Shown: piece after piece, positions 1 to 9,919 of the stretch
How the letters are laid out: every line of letters begins with the position of its first letter
Position numbering within the stretch: position 1 is the stretch's first letter
Origin: a virus
Lineage: Duplodnaviria; Caudoviricetes
Reading direction: 5' to 3' (one strand)
IMG/VR virus record: IMGVR_UViG_3300025128_000046
Span: 1 to 56,026 of that record
Length of the DNA: 56,026 nucleotides
The notes under the pieces: generated by a model
What the model saw: the letters and a program-made list of their open reading frames with translations, nothing else
What the model was told of the DNA's origin: nothing
Database searches by the model: none
Made by a program: the position numbers and the translations under genes

Positions 1-1
1 C

Positions 2-2899
2 ACAAGAATCTCCTACATAAGTGTTAGCAGTTCCTGTTGTTACAGCATCAGCACAATAAGCTCCCACCATAGTATTAGCAGTTCCACCATTATGGTTATT
101 ACCACAGTTATATCCTATGGCAGTTATAGCTGATGATTCATCTTCAGATATTAAAGCATTACCTCCTATCGCCGTATTATTATGTCCAGTTGTTATGGCA
201 GTTCCAGCATTGACACCAGCAAGAACATTATTGTTAGCTGAAGTAATTGCATCACCAGCAGCATATCCTATAGCAATATTACCTCCCCCAGCCACTACAC
301 TATGAAGAGCATTATCACCTACAGCGACATTTCGTATACCTGTAATAGCACCAGCAGCACCAGCGTTATCTCCTATAAGAATATTCTGTCCACCTGTAGT
401 AAGTGCGGCTCCTGCGTTATTTCCTATTATGACGTTTTCAGAAGCAGTGGTCATTGCACTACCAGCATTTTGACCAACAATAACTGATGTAGTACCAGTT
501 GTTATAGCATCACCAGCGAGATATCCAATACAAACATTATTACCCCCTGTCGTGATATACGCTCCAGCAGCATGACCGATAAGTGTATTTGCCGCTGCTC
601 CATTTTGAGTCATACCAGCTTGATGACCCATTGCTACGTTATAATTACCTGTGACCGTTGCACCTAAAGCAGTAGCACCAATAGCTACATTACTAATTGC
701 AGTAGTAATTGCATCGCCAGCAGCATAACCGACACAAACATTGTTATCGCCTGTCGTGATAGCCGTACCAGCCTCATCACCAATAGCTACGTTATAGTTA
801 CCACCTGATTCTATTGAGTTACCTGCATTGACACCTAATGTAAGGTTTGATGTTCCTGCAGAATTTGTTTTAATTGTAGAGTTTACACCAGATGCACCAA
901 TATCAACACCTGCTGCAGTAGTAGCTAATTTTAAAGCATTATCATAATATAAATCTGCTGAACCATCTATATTAAAATCAGCTAATGTTTCAGCACTAGC
1001 TCCTCCTAATAATTTAACTTCTGTACCTGTTGACCAAATTAAAAGAGAACCAGTTCCATCTTCTTTTATATATGAATTACTGCCATCATGATAAATTTCT
1101 AAGTCATCGTCTGTACCTAATAAAATTTTATCACCATCTTGCATACTAAGATTATTATTAAGAGTCATTACTCCTGCAACTGATACAGTGCTTTGTAAAT
1201 GTGTGGCTCCCACAATAGTTGTAGTTCCACCTACTATTAACGCTCCAGAGACTGACACATCATCTTCAAATTCAGCTTTACCTGTTGCTAAGAAAGTTCC
1301 ACCTACTGATGTATTACCAGCTATATTGACAGCCCCACTTACAGATACTGCATCTTCAAAGACTGCTGCACCTGCAACTGTTACCGTAGATGCAAAGTGT
1401 GATGCACCTCCTACACTCAATGTTGATGCTAGACTTACAGCACCAGCTATTGTTACAGTATCAGCAAAGTTTGCTACTCCACCTACACTCAATGTAGATG
1501 CTAGGCTAACTGCACCTGTTACACTTAGAGTCCCACCTATTGATACATTACCACCTACAGCTAAGTCACCTGATACAGATACATCACCATCGTAGGTAAT
1601 ACCACCTCCAGCAAAGAACGTACCACCTATTGATACATTACCAGCTACATCTAAATTACCACTTACTGATACACTATCTTCAAAGATTGCTGAACCAGCT
1701 ATTGTTACTGTAGAGTTAAGTTGTGTAGCTCCACCTACAACTAATGCACCAGAAACTGATACATCATCTTCAAACTCTGCTTTACCTGTAATATTACTTG
1801 TACCACCTATAGATGTATTACCTGTAACATCTAATGTACCACCTACTGTTACATTACTTTTTAAAGCTGCTGCACCTACTACCGTTACTGTAGAAGCAAA
1901 GTTAGCTGCTCCACCTACACTAAGAGTAGATGCTAGACTAACGGCTCCAGCTACTGTAACTGTACCACCTATATTAGTATTACCACTAACAGATACATTA
2001 GATTTAAATGTGCTATTACCTACAAAGTTAGATGTTCCACTAACAGATAATAAACCACCTATATGTATATATCCTGATACAGATACATTATCAACAATAC
2101 CAACAGAAGCCTCTACATTAGTTAAATTTGAACCATCACCATAATAGTAAGCTGCTGTTACATTACCACCAATACACGCATTACCACCTATAATAATATT
2201 ACCACTTACCGATACATCATCTTCAAAGGTAGCTTTACCTACAGCTTTAAGTAGACCACCAACACAAGCAGATGTTGCTACATCAAGTCTTCCACTTACT
2301 GATACATCATTTTTAAACTCTGTCTTGGAAGTAAATGTTCCTGCACCAGCAGCAGCAAAAGTACCACCTACTGATACATTATTTTTAAGTATAGCAGCAG
2401 CTTCTACTGTAACTGTAGATTTAAATGTAGCTGCACCAACAGCCGTTACAGTGCTTTGAAGTTGTGTTGCTCCTGATACTGTTACTGTAGAACCAAACTG
2501 TGCAGCACCACCAACTGATACAGCAGCCTGTAGATGAGTAGCTCCTACAATAGTTGTAGTACCACTTACATATAGATTACCACCTACTGTTGCATTACTA
2601 ACTGATATATTACCTGCAATCGTAGCAGTAACACCTGTAATGTTAGAACCATCTCCATAGAATGCAGATGCACATACTTTATCATCGACATGAAGATTAC
2701 CATCAAGAGATACGTTACCTGTTACAGCAAGAGTCCCTGTAAACTTAGCTGCGCCCGTAGCAAGCTGGAAAGAACTATCAGTTCCATCTCCAGTTTCAAT
2801 AGTTTGAAGACCAGCACTTACGCCAGTATTAGCAGTTACACCAACTTTTAGTAGCTGTTTATAACTATTTGATATTAATTTTCCTGTTAATTCTGTCAT
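2..2899 (-). CDS. Tail fibre / receptor-binding protein, truncated at window edge (at least 966 aa)
   Basis: Absent from the ORF track because there is no stop in the window. ATG at 2899 overlaps the upstream TGA. Translates MTELTGKLISNSYKQLLKVG..., then many beta-repeat units (STVTVxGAAxF, FEDDVSVSG), then YadA-head-like repeats (NxAIGxxAGxAITTGxNN). Frame stays open to position 2. Confidence 0.85.
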   Translation of the reverse strand, partial: MTELTGKLISNSYKQLLKVGVTANTGVSAGLQTIETGDGTDSSFQLATGAAKFTGTLAVTGNVSLDGNLHVDDKVCASAFYGDGSNITGVTATIAGNISVSNATVGGNLYVSGTTTIVGATHLQAAVSVGGAAQFGSTVTVSGATQLQSTVTAVGAATFKSTVTVEAAAILKNNVSVGGTFAAAGAGTFTSKTEFKNDVSVSGRLDVATSACVGGLLKAVGKATFEDDVSVSGNIIIGGNACIGGNVTAAYYYGDGSNLTNVEASVGIVDNVSVSGYIHIGGLLSVSGTSNFVGNSTFKSNVSVSGNTNIGGTVTVAGAVSLASTLSVGGAANFASTVTVVGAAALKSNVTVGGTLDVTGNTSIGGTSNITGKAEFEDDVSVSGALVVGGATQLNSTVTIAGSAIFEDSVSVSGNLDVAGNVSIGGTFFAGGGITYDGDVSVSGDLAVGGNVSIGGTLSVTGAVSLASTLSVGGVANFADTVTIAGAVSLASTLSVGGASHFASTVTVAGAAVFEDAVSVSGAVNIAGNTSVGGTFLATGKAEFEDDVSVSGALIVGGTTTIVGATHLQSTVSVAGVMTLNNNLSMQDGDKILLGTDDDLEIYHDGSNSYIKEDGTGSLLIWSTGTEVKLLGGASAETLADFNIDGSADLYYDNALKLATTAAGVDIGASGVNSTIKTNSAGTSNLTLGVNAGNSIESGGNYNVAIGDEAGTAITTGDNNVCVGYAAGDAITTAISNVAIGATALGATVTGNYNVAMGHQAGMTQNGAAANTLIGHAAGAYITTGGNNVCIGYLAGDAITTGTTSVIVGQNAGSAMTTASENVIIGNNAGAALTTGGQNILIGDNAGAAGAITGIRNVAVGDNALHSVVAGGGNIAIGYAAGDAITSANNNVLAGVNAGTAITTGHNNTAIGGNALISEDESSAITAIGYNCGNNHNGGTANTMVGAYCADAVTTGTANTYVGDSC

Positions 2900-3171
2900 A
2901 TTGTGTTCCACCAGTTATCTGTGTCTTCCCATTTGGTTGTTGCTTGTTGCCATGTAAGACCTCTACCACCATCATCAGGTCTTGGGTCACGTATAGCAGG
3001 GTTATCTCGTACATCGGGTACTTTATTTTGTGGGTGATTTTCTAAGTCATACTGTCCTTCAAAACAATCTGGACATGTTATCATGTGATAACTATTTAAA
3101 CGCATTACTCTATGTGGATATACAAACCCACATGTATCACACATTGCTAATGCATTTTTATTACTTGCCAT
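2896..3171 (-). CDS. Small Zn-ribbon protein (CxxC...CxxC) in morphogenesis module
   Basis: CDTC and CPDC motifs; translationally coupled to neighbours. Confidence 0.7.
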   Translation of the reverse strand: MASNKNALAMCDTCGFVYPHRVMRLNSYHMITCPDCFEGQYDLENHPQNKVPDVRDNPAIRDPRPDDGGRGLTWQQATTKWEDTDNWWNTI

Positions 3172-3845
3172 TAAACATACCTTAATCTTGGAACAACCTT
3201 CATAGTTGCTCTTTCTCTATCCTCCTGCATAGCTCTTGCAAGTGTTTCTTCATAGTTTGTTTTTAACATTGTTATTCTACCAGCTTCTACACCAGGTCTT
3301 TTCATTGACATATGATATGCTAGACCGCATGTAAGACAAGGTAAAAACCTTTTTGGTAAATCAGCATTCTGTCCTGCTGACTTATCTACGTCTTGTAGTT
3401 CACTAATAACTTCTATCTTTAAAACATCAGTAGAATTTTCAGGTATAGGCCACAAAGAAAGAACAGGATTAGCTCTTCCTCTACGTATTGAATATTGAGA
3501 AGGTCTTCCTGTTTGTGTTTTATTTGGTATTAATAAATATTCTTCAGGAGATATACGTTCTAGTTGTAAGTCTGTATCATCTCTATTGAGTACAACTTCA
3601 AGAGCATCTACTGTAGAAGAAGATAAATCATAGGCTGTTGTGCTTGCAGCAACAGTTACAGAAGAAACAGAAGTACTCCAGAGAAGAACACCTCTATTTT
3701 GCCAATCCTTTAACATAAGATTTATAGAACGTCTAGCAGAAGCAGGTTCATGACCAAGGGTTTGCTCTCCCCCAATCATTTCCATTGCTTCCTGTATTAC
3801 CTCATCTATGTCAAGATTAAAATTATATGTGCCTGATACTGCCAT
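3171..3845 (-). CDS. Putative head-tail connector / tail tubular-type structural protein
   Basis: 224 aa; TGRPSQY motif typical of podovirus adaptor proteins; lies between capsid and tail genes. Confidence 0.6.
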   Translation of the reverse strand: MAVSGTYNFNLDIDEVIQEAMEMIGGEQTLGHEPASARRSINLMLKDWQNRGVLLWSTSVSSVTVAASTTAYDLSSSTVDALEVVLNRDDTDLQLERISPEEYLLIPNKTQTGRPSQYSIRRGRANPVLSLWPIPENSTDVLKIEVISELQDVDKSAGQNADLPKRFLPCLTCGLAYHMSMKRPGVEAGRITMLKTNYEETLARAMQEDRERATMKVVPRLRYV

Positions 3846-4225
3846 TATTTCCTATACCTTGCTGTTTTCTTAGCTATTCTTTTTGGCTGCTTCACGAACT
3901 GCTTCCCTGCAGCAGTCCCTTTTCTCTTTGCTTTGGTGGTCGCTGCATATTCCTTTGATGACAATGCCTTTATTGCTTTCTCTGGAAGATACCGTTCTCC
4001 TGTCTTGCTGCTTGGTTTCCCTGACTTGGTTCTCCATTTTTGCTTACTCCATTTAGAAAGTTTATTACTTTTTTTCTTTTTACCTGAGTATGTACCACCA
4101 GCATCTTTATAATATTTAACTGCTAGTTGCATAGCTCTTGCTGAGTGTTTACCACCCATCTTACGCTTTGCTCTAGCTTTAGCAGCAGCCCATTTCTTTG
4201 GGTCACGCTTCTTGGCAACTGCCAT
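3845..4225 (-). CDS. Lys/Arg-rich basic hypothetical protein
   Basis: 126 aa, very K-rich; WSARxxQLA-like and WxKQKWRTKSGK..TGERYLP segments; coupled stop/start. Confidence 0.75.
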   Translation of the reverse strand: MAVAKKRDPKKWAAAKARAKRKMGGKHSARAMQLAVKYYKDAGGTYSGKKKKSNKLSKWSKQKWRTKSGKPSSKTGERYLPEKAIKALSSKEYAATTKAKRKGTAAGKQFVKQPKRIAKKTARYRK

Positions 4226-4437
4226 TATTTTCCTACTTTCTTCATTGCCTCTTTATGAGCAGCACCAAAAGTTTTTCCACTTCTCATAGCCTTTCTCATA
4301 CTAGCCATATGTTTAGCAGTATGGTGTTTAGCATGTCTTTGTAGAGTTTGCTTTTGTCTCATTGTAAGAGGTTTAGAAGTTGTCCTCTTTTTTGGTCTTC
4401 CTACTTTAGAACCATATGTACCTTTACCTTTTGGCAT
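4225..4437 (-). CDS. Small basic protein
   Basis: 70 aa; MPKGKGTYGSKVGRP N-terminus; K/R/H rich. Confidence 0.7.
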   Translation of the reverse strand: MPKGKGTYGSKVGRPKKRTTSKPLTMRQKQTLQRHAKHHTAKHMASMRKAMRSGKTFGAAHKEAMKKVGK

Positions 4438-4438
4438 T

Positions 4439-4732
4439 TTAACACCTCCATCTTTTTCTAGCTTGTCTTAATCTACTGTTAGGATTTTTAGCAGCCTTGG
4501 GAAACTTTTTCATCTGCCCTGCAGACCTAGCACAATATGATTTACGTCTTGCTGCACGTTTACCAGTAGGTTTCTTTTCAGTAACAGCAGTCTTTAATTT
4601 AGAACCAGGATTCTGTCTACGATACTTGGCTACACCTTTCTTGGTCATGCCAGCACCAGCCTTGGTAGGACGTTTCATGCCCCGACCAATGGTAATTCCC
4701 TTCATATTACTTTTTTTTCTTTTGACTGCCAT
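4439..4732 (-). CDS. Small basic protein
   Basis: 97 aa; GMTKKG..YRRQNPGSKLK, RRKSYCARS, C-terminal RWRC. Confidence 0.75.
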   Translation of the reverse strand: MAVKRKKSNMKGITIGRGMKRPTKAGAGMTKKGVAKYRRQNPGSKLKTAVTEKKPTGKRAARRKSYCARSAGQMKKFPKAAKNPNSRLRQARKRWRC

Positions 4733-4904
4733 ATGTATACTTATACTTTTCTTTTAAATATCTTACAAGGTCTTCCCAATAATCATCCCAATATGTATAA
4801 TCTTTTTTAATAGGTTTAACACAACTCTCATCTATTAAACTATAATTATCTTCACCTAAATCTACAGACTCTCTGTATCGTTTTAAAAAATCTTCATCAA
4901 CCAT
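4707..4904 (-). CDS. Small acidic/aromatic hypothetical protein
   Basis: 65 aa; start coupled to the upstream stop. Confidence 0.55.
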   Translation of the reverse strand: MVDEDFLKRYRESVDLGEDNYSLIDESCVKPIKKDYTYWDDYWEDLVRYLKEKYKYTYGSQKKKK

Positions 4905-5518
4905 TAGTACATTTTATCAGAATATTTAGCTTTACCAAAACCTTGTCTAGCTGCACCCACTCCACGAACAGGTCCACCCATATTACGTTTTACTTTACCA
5001 CCACCCATTCTAATTTCAAAACCACCCATTGCATCAAGCTCTGCTTCAGTAGGTAGTTTACCTTTTCCACCAAGACCCATTTCTTCTGCTATAACTTGTC
5101 TTGAAGGTGCATACTCACCTGTAGGAACTAATTTCTTTTTACCATTTTTATCAGTTCTTACTTTAGCTTTACCTTGCATAATAAGTCTACGAGCTTGAGC
5201 CTTAGACATTTTTTCAGGAAGCTGAACTTTGGAAAGCAATGGACCTTGTTCTACAGGTACAGCATCTTCTGGTCCTGTAGCTCTACGTCTTGGCAGAGGA
5301 TTTTTAGTATCAGCTACTTCATCCTTTTTCTGTTGCCTTATTAACTTATTAAGTTCAGATTGTTCAGCTTTTGTACGAACAACCTTCTCTTTCTTTTTAC
5401 GAGCAACAGGTTTCTTAGCTTCAACCTCTGGTTTTGGCTTTGGTCCTCTACGTCTTTTAGGACGCCCTCTTTTTGGTTTAGTTACTTTAGAAACAAGTTT
5501 AGTAGCAAATGATGCCAT
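4904..5518 (-). CDS. Basic protein with C-terminal xxGG motifs
   Basis: 204 aa; KRGRPKRRRGPK; RMGGGKVKRNMGGPV near the C-terminus. Confidence 0.75.
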   Translation of the reverse strand: MASFATKLVSKVTKPKRGRPKRRRGPKPKPEVEAKKPVARKKKEKVVRTKAEQSELNKLIRQQKKDEVADTKNPLPRRRATGPEDAVPVEQGPLLSKVQLPEKMSKAQARRLIMQGKAKVRTDKNGKKKLVPTGEYAPSRQVIAEEMGLGGKGKLPTEAELDAMGGFEIRMGGGKVKRNMGGPVRGVGAARQGFGKAKYSDKMY

Positions 5519-5520
5519 AA

Positions 5521-5697
5521 TTAATCCTCTACTTTAAAAGACTTACTTTCATCATAGTTTTCATCAACTACAACATCTTGGGGTGGACCTTTTACATCTG
5601 GTCCTTTTCGTGCTGCCCCATACCCTTGTCCTGTAGGTCTGCCTACAATCTCATCTAGGTTATGAGGACGTTTAATAAGAGTATGGGGTCCAGCCAT
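5521..5697 (-). CDS. Small hypothetical protein (58 aa)
   Basis: Below ORF-track cutoff. MAGPHTLIKRPHNLDEIVGRPTGQGYGAARKGP...; AGGAG RBS upstream. Confidence 0.65.
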   Translation of the reverse strand: MAGPHTLIKRPHNLDEIVGRPTGQGYGAARKGPDVKGPPQDVVVDENYDESKSFKVED

Positions 5698-5698
5698 T

Positions 5699-5854
5699 TT
5701 ATTTCTCCTTTATACATTTTTTATAGATAAACCATGCACCTATACAAATAGCTGCAATAATTACTATACCTATTCCAAGACTACTATCTTCTTGTACAGG
5801 TTTTGTTTCTACTTTAGTAGGTTGTTCTACAACTGCTACAGTTTTCTTATCCAT
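5699..5854 (-). CDS. Small single-TM membrane protein (51 aa)
   Basis: Below ORF-track cutoff. MDKKTVAVVEQP...LGIGIVIIAAICIGAWFIYKK; coupled to the upstream stop. Confidence 0.65.
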   Translation of the reverse strand: MDKKTVAVVEQPTKVETKPVQEDSSLGIGIVIIAAICIGAWFIYKKCIKEK

Positions 5855-6072
5855 TATGATTTCCTCTTTCTACCTTTCTTTGCCATTGCTGCCATTTTCT
5901 TAGGACCATATTTCTTACGACCTATATATGCAGCAAGAGCTTTAGGATTTTTTGCTCCACGTTTCTTTAATTTCGTTGTTAGAGCTTTGAATCTAGCTCC
6001 ACTCCCTAGTTTTGGTTTACGTTTCTTTGGTGACTTCATAATCTGTTGTCTAGCACTAGACCGATTAATCAT
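5854..6072 (-). CDS. Small basic protein
   Basis: 72 aa; KLGSGARF, ALAAYIGRKKYG. Confidence 0.7.
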   Translation of the reverse strand: MINRSSARQQIMKSPKKRKPKLGSGARFKALTTKLKKRGAKNPKALAAYIGRKKYGPKKMAAMAKKGRKRKS

Positions 6073-7258
6073 AACTATTATCGACTACCTGACCACCTGT
6101 CATGCGATAAGTAATGGGTCCACCTTTTTTGTAGCCTTTTATTTTACCACCACCTTTAAGGTCTATCATATCTCCTTCCATAGAAGGTTTTCTTTTTTTC
6201 TTAGATTTAAATGGTTCATAATCTCCAAAAAGCATTGAAGCTGCTGGAGCAAACGTCATTTTAAGTGCGTCTTTAGCTGCCTTTTTTTGACCTGGCCTAT
6301 CAACTTTAGATTCTCTTTTGTCTGCAGATTTACCTGCTGCTCTTAAACCAGAACGCATAGTACCTGTTTTTCCTCCAACACCAATTGCTCTAAGACGTTT
6401 ATTAAGTTCTTTTTCTTTTTCTATTTTACCACCCTTATTTTTCTTTACTACTTTACCACCACCTTTAGCAAATCCCATTTTATTACGAACTGGAGTAGGA
6501 AGCTTTGCTAAACCTGGATTCTTTTTAGTATTTACAGATTTTAAATTACCACCCATATTTTTCTTTACTACTTTGCCACCCATATTCTTTTTTTCTTTTT
6601 TATCACTTAAAAGCTTAATACCTCCTAAACCAGTAGCTCCTGCTCCTGCTCCTATTCCTATTTTTTGACCTGTTGTTAATTTTTTAGGCTTTACATTTTT
6701 TTTAGAAGTTTTTAATTTTTGTGTATTAGCTTTTGGTTTAGTTACTTTTTTAGCAAAAACTCTTTTTGATTTTCCACCAGGACCACCCCTAGATTTCATA
6801 TCAGCAATAGAATCTCTTAATGATTGAATACGAACTCTATTTTTATCTATATATTTAATTCTTTCTTTACCTCTTAAATTATCAGCTTTTTCTTTATATT
6901 CTTTTAAAGCCTTTTCTTTTTTTGCTAAAGCTTTATCAAAATCATTTGCCTTTTTAGCTGTCATTTGATATTCTTTTAAACCACTATCAGCATCTTCAGC
7001 GGTTTGTCCTAGACTTCCTCTTGCTGGTTGCTTTAAATCGCTTGCTGCTTTTCCTTCAGCTTTTCTTGATTTTCTAGCAGCAGGTGTTTTTTGTATCTTT
7101 GCTCCTTTACCTGAAGTAATTTCCCGCATAACACCTGGACCACTATCTTTAGACATGCGAACATTTTTGCCAGTTTCATCTTTACGTGTAGCACTTTTAC
7201 TTTTACCTCTTAAAGCTGAACCTGCTCTACGAACTACGCCTCTTGCTATTCCTAACAT
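6065..7258 (-). CDS. Large Lys-rich protein with seven xxGG motifs
   Basis: 397 aa; very basic and low complexity; repeats NMGGKV, AKGGGKV, NKGGKI, KKGGPI, MTGGQV. Confidence 0.8.
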   Translation of the reverse strand: MLGIARGVVRRAGSALRGKSKSATRKDETGKNVRMSKDSGPGVMREITSGKGAKIQKTPAARKSRKAEGKAASDLKQPARGSLGQTAEDADSGLKEYQMTAKKANDFDKALAKKEKALKEYKEKADNLRGKERIKYIDKNRVRIQSLRDSIADMKSRGGPGGKSKRVFAKKVTKPKANTQKLKTSKKNVKPKKLTTGQKIGIGAGAGATGLGGIKLLSDKKEKKNMGGKVVKKNMGGNLKSVNTKKNPGLAKLPTPVRNKMGFAKGGGKVVKKNKGGKIEKEKELNKRLRAIGVGGKTGTMRSGLRAAGKSADKRESKVDRPGQKKAAKDALKMTFAPAASMLFGDYEPFKSKKKRKPSMEGDMIDLKGGGKIKGYKKGGPITYRMTGGQVVDNSYD

Positions 7259-7260
7259 AA

Positions 7261-7938
7261 TTATGGACTCCCTACTTGTAATGTATCAGGACCACCAGCA
7301 GGTGATGCAGCAACTGCCATATCATCTTGGCGTGTCCTTCTAGCTTGGTTTCTAAGTGTAATTATTGCTGCTTCATATTGTTGTTGCCATGAAGCAATTG
7401 TATTCCAATCCTTCATGTACATTGTTGCTTCCATCATTGCAGCATAAAATAAAGCATCATAACAGTAGTTGCTAAAATAGTTTTGCGTTGTAACGCTTGT
7501 TCCTGTAGCTGAAGCAAGAGCTAAAGGTTGTGAAGCTGTTTGTATTTCTCCTGTTACAGTAGATGCAGGAGTTGGTACAATAAATATAGAAGTGTTATTC
7601 TTACGTGCGTAGTAACGAGGTGTACCTGTAGAAGCACTCACAGGCCAGTAGTCATTACAATATTCGATTGTTCTTTGTAACAGATTTGTTTTAATACTGG
7701 AGGCACTGGTTGTAAAGTTTACATTACGAACTATACGTACCCTATCTCCAAGACTTACAACTGCATTACCAGCCGTAAGCGTAATAGCAGTATACTCATC
7801 CAGACCAGCATCATCAATGTCTTTGGTCAGGCGTATTTCTGCCCTGCTAATGAAATTAGGTATCTCATTAGTAAATTCTGTGCCATCATTTTCAGTTGTA
7901 TTAATAATGGCTGATTTTAAATCTGCATAGGTTGCCAT
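7261..7938 (-). CDS. Putative head-tail adaptor protein
   Basis: Likely start ATG 7938 (MATYADLK); TGTPRYY motif; LFYAAMMEA helix; downstream of capsid. Confidence 0.65.
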   Translation of the reverse strand: MATYADLKSAIINTTENDGTEFTNEIPNFISRAEIRLTKDIDDAGLDEYTAITLTAGNAVVSLGDRVRIVRNVNFTTSASSIKTNLLQRTIEYCNDYWPVSASTGTPRYYARKNNTSIFIVPTPASTVTGEIQTASQPLALASATGTSVTTQNYFSNYCYDALFYAAMMEATMYMKDWNTIASWQQQYEAAIITLRNQARRTRQDDMAVAASPAGGPDTLQVGSP

Positions 7939-7940
7939 GA

Positions 7941-8282
7941 TTAGCCTACGAATGCAGTTAATACACATCCATCAGTAGGACCAGATACACTAACAACACC
8001 ATAGACAGGAACTCCAAGTTCCCCCATATAAATGTCAGTTGCTTCATTGGCAGCTACTTGAAATTTAATTGCAGTACCTTCTGCTGTTTTATTGGTAATC
8101 TGCTTTTGTCCCTTAATTGAATAAGAACCAGCAGCCGTAGCCAATGCGTGTATAGCCAAGATACGAGTTGTTGTAGGCTGTGGGCTATCACCAGCACCAT
8201 TACTTCCTACAGTTGTATCGTCTTCTACATATGTAAGAACTGCATCACCTGTTGCAATTCCAACTTTAATATTTGTTGTCAT
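7941..8282 (-). CDS. Putative virion structural/decoration protein
   Basis: 113 aa, beta-rich; strong AAGGAG RBS; immediately after capsid. Confidence 0.6.
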   Translation of the reverse strand: MTTNIKVGIATGDAVLTYVEDDTTVGSNGAGDSPQPTTTRILAIHALATAAGSYSIKGQKQITNKTAEGTAIKFQVAANEATDIYMGELGVPVYGVVSVSGPTDGCVLTAFVG

Positions 8283-8301
8283 GATATCTCCTTATAAGTA
8301 T

Positions 8302-8330
8302 GAGAGAGGTAGCATTATACTACCCCTCTC
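8302..8330 (-). terminator. Stem-loop after major capsid gene (terminator/attenuator)
   Basis: Minus strand GAGAGGGGTAG-TATAATG-CTACCTCTCTC, 11-bp stem with one G-U; weak U tail. Confidence 0.5.
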
Positions 8331-8343
8331 TACTATAGTTGCA

Positions 8344-9261
8344 TTAGCCAGCGGAACCGAACCACCCACGCCAATCAGAGACACCGAAGCTATAACGCTC
8401 ACGGGCTTTGAAACGAAGGTTTCCAGTATCGAAGTCAGGCTCCATCTTGGTCTGAAGCGGAGAACGAACAAACATTTTTGTTCCATTCGGTGCATCAGTT
8501 TTAACAAACCACGCATCAGTATCAGTGAAGCGACGGTTGATGAAGTAGCCTTCAGGCACCATACCCATGTGACGAACAGCATTGATAGCATTCGTGTTAG
8601 GGTTGGCATCGGCTGCACTGGTTCCTGTGTTACCAGGGCTGCTGAGTACTTTGTCAGCAACGGCCCAATAATCAACAGGGATGTGCAAAGAAACAGCACT
8701 GGCACCAATCAGAATACCACGGTCATCCTTGATTTTCTGAATAGACGTTAGTGCAGTTTCAAGAGTTGCTTCTGATAGGTCAGACGCAGCCAAAAGGTTT
8801 GACTGATTACCATCAGAAATAGTTGGGTGAGCCGCAGAGAAGAATGCAGCACCGTCACCAATGGTATCAGAGAAACCATTGTTGTAGATGTTTGCAGCTT
8901 TCACCTGTTTGGTATTTGCCATTGCTCGTGCAAGACCTTTCGCACGAAGTTTAGCAAACGTATCATACAGGTTATCTTCCATTGCTTCTTCTGTAACAGC
9001 AAAGGCAAGAGCTACAGTCTCAGCCGTATAACGGGCTGTGTAGCTTTCCTGTGCGTCATCATAAGAAACAGCAGCACCTTCACCTTTAGTAGGTGCAGTA
9101 CCGAAACCAGTGAAGAGGACTTCTTCTTCAAAAGCTCGGTCTGAGTTTTCAATTTCAAAGAGAGGCTCATGCTCATTGTTCACCTCTCCATACTCCATTC
9201 CAAATACGGCGTTAAGACCAGGAAGGAGTTCTTTGCTAATACTAGCTCTATTAATAGCCAT
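8344..9261 (-). CDS. Major capsid protein
   Basis: 305 aa; MAINRASISKELLPGLNAVFG start and FKARERYSFGVSDWR end are characteristic of this marine phage capsid family; AGGAGG RBS; codon usage of a highly expressed gene. Confidence 0.85.
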   Translation of the reverse strand: MAINRASISKELLPGLNAVFGMEYGEVNNEHEPLFEIENSDRAFEEEVLFTGFGTAPTKGEGAAVSYDDAQESYTARYTAETVALAFAVTEEAMEDNLYDTFAKLRAKGLARAMANTKQVKAANIYNNGFSDTIGDGAAFFSAAHPTISDGNQSNLLAASDLSEATLETALTSIQKIKDDRGILIGASAVSLHIPVDYWAVADKVLSSPGNTGTSAADANPNTNAINAVRHMGMVPEGYFINRRFTDTDAWFVKTDAPNGTKMFVRSPLQTKMEPDFDTGNLRFKARERYSFGVSDWRGWFGSAG

Positions 9262-9276
9262 GATTATCCCTCCTTA

Positions 9277-9891
9277 TTAAGCCGAAGAAGCCGTAGCTGT
9301 CACGTAGCGGTCACGGTGCATATTTAACCAGACTTCTACGATTGGATAAGCATCGGAATCCTTTTCATCAGGATACTTAGCTTTACCAACAACTCGTACT
9401 TGCTTTTCGGATTCAGCACCACTTGCGCCATCTAGGTAATAACTGGATTGACCAGTTACCGTACTACCAGATGAAGCAGTAGAACTGACGGTTACGTTAT
9501 AGTTCTTGACAATCGCCAACTCTGCAGCCGACAATGACAAGGACGCTTGAATGTAATAGGTCTGATTTGGGTCAGTTATTACAAAGAATTTAATATCCGT
9601 GGCACTCGTTCCACCGTTCCAATAACGTGCGAACTTTTGCTCTCCATTTTCAACATATTGACATCCCATGAAAACACCAGAAGGTTTAAGAGTACCTGCA
9701 ACATATGGTGAAATAGTTGCAAAGTTAGCTCCTGGCATTACCACTGGGTCGCCAGTGAAAATGTTATTGGTGGGTGACTGAGCCTGACCCGTTGAAGTCA
9801 ACGTAATCATGTCGGTCACAGCCTCATTATTATAGGCACCACCCTTTTTACGAGCAGGAATGAAACCACGAAATGCTTTAGTAGTAGACAT
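9277..9891 (-). CDS. Putative capsid-associated (decoration/cement) protein
   Basis: 204 aa directly upstream of capsid; NIFTGDPV and GVFMGCQY motifs. Confidence 0.6.
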   Translation of the reverse strand: MSTTKAFRGFIPARKKGGAYNNEAVTDMITLTSTGQAQSPTNNIFTGDPVVMPGANFATISPYVAGTLKPSGVFMGCQYVENGEQKFARYWNGGTSATDIKFFVITDPNQTYYIQASLSLSAAELAIVKNYNVTVSSTASSGSTVTGQSSYYLDGASGAESEKQVRVVGKAKYPDEKDSDAYPIVEVWLNMHRDRYVTATASSA

Positions 9892-9919
9892 TGTTTCATC
9901 TCCTTAATTATGAAGAAGA

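Noticed and set aside
117-1595. Plus-strand ORFs 117-305, 302-487 and 1188-1595
   Set aside because: Antisense shadows of the long minus-strand tail fibre ORF.
8281-9144. Alternative-frame and antisense ORFs over the capsid gene (and similar ones over portal, terL, polymerase, nrdA/B and ejection genes)
   Set aside because: Fully overlap well-supported genes; no RBS or recognisable motifs; expected from codon bias.
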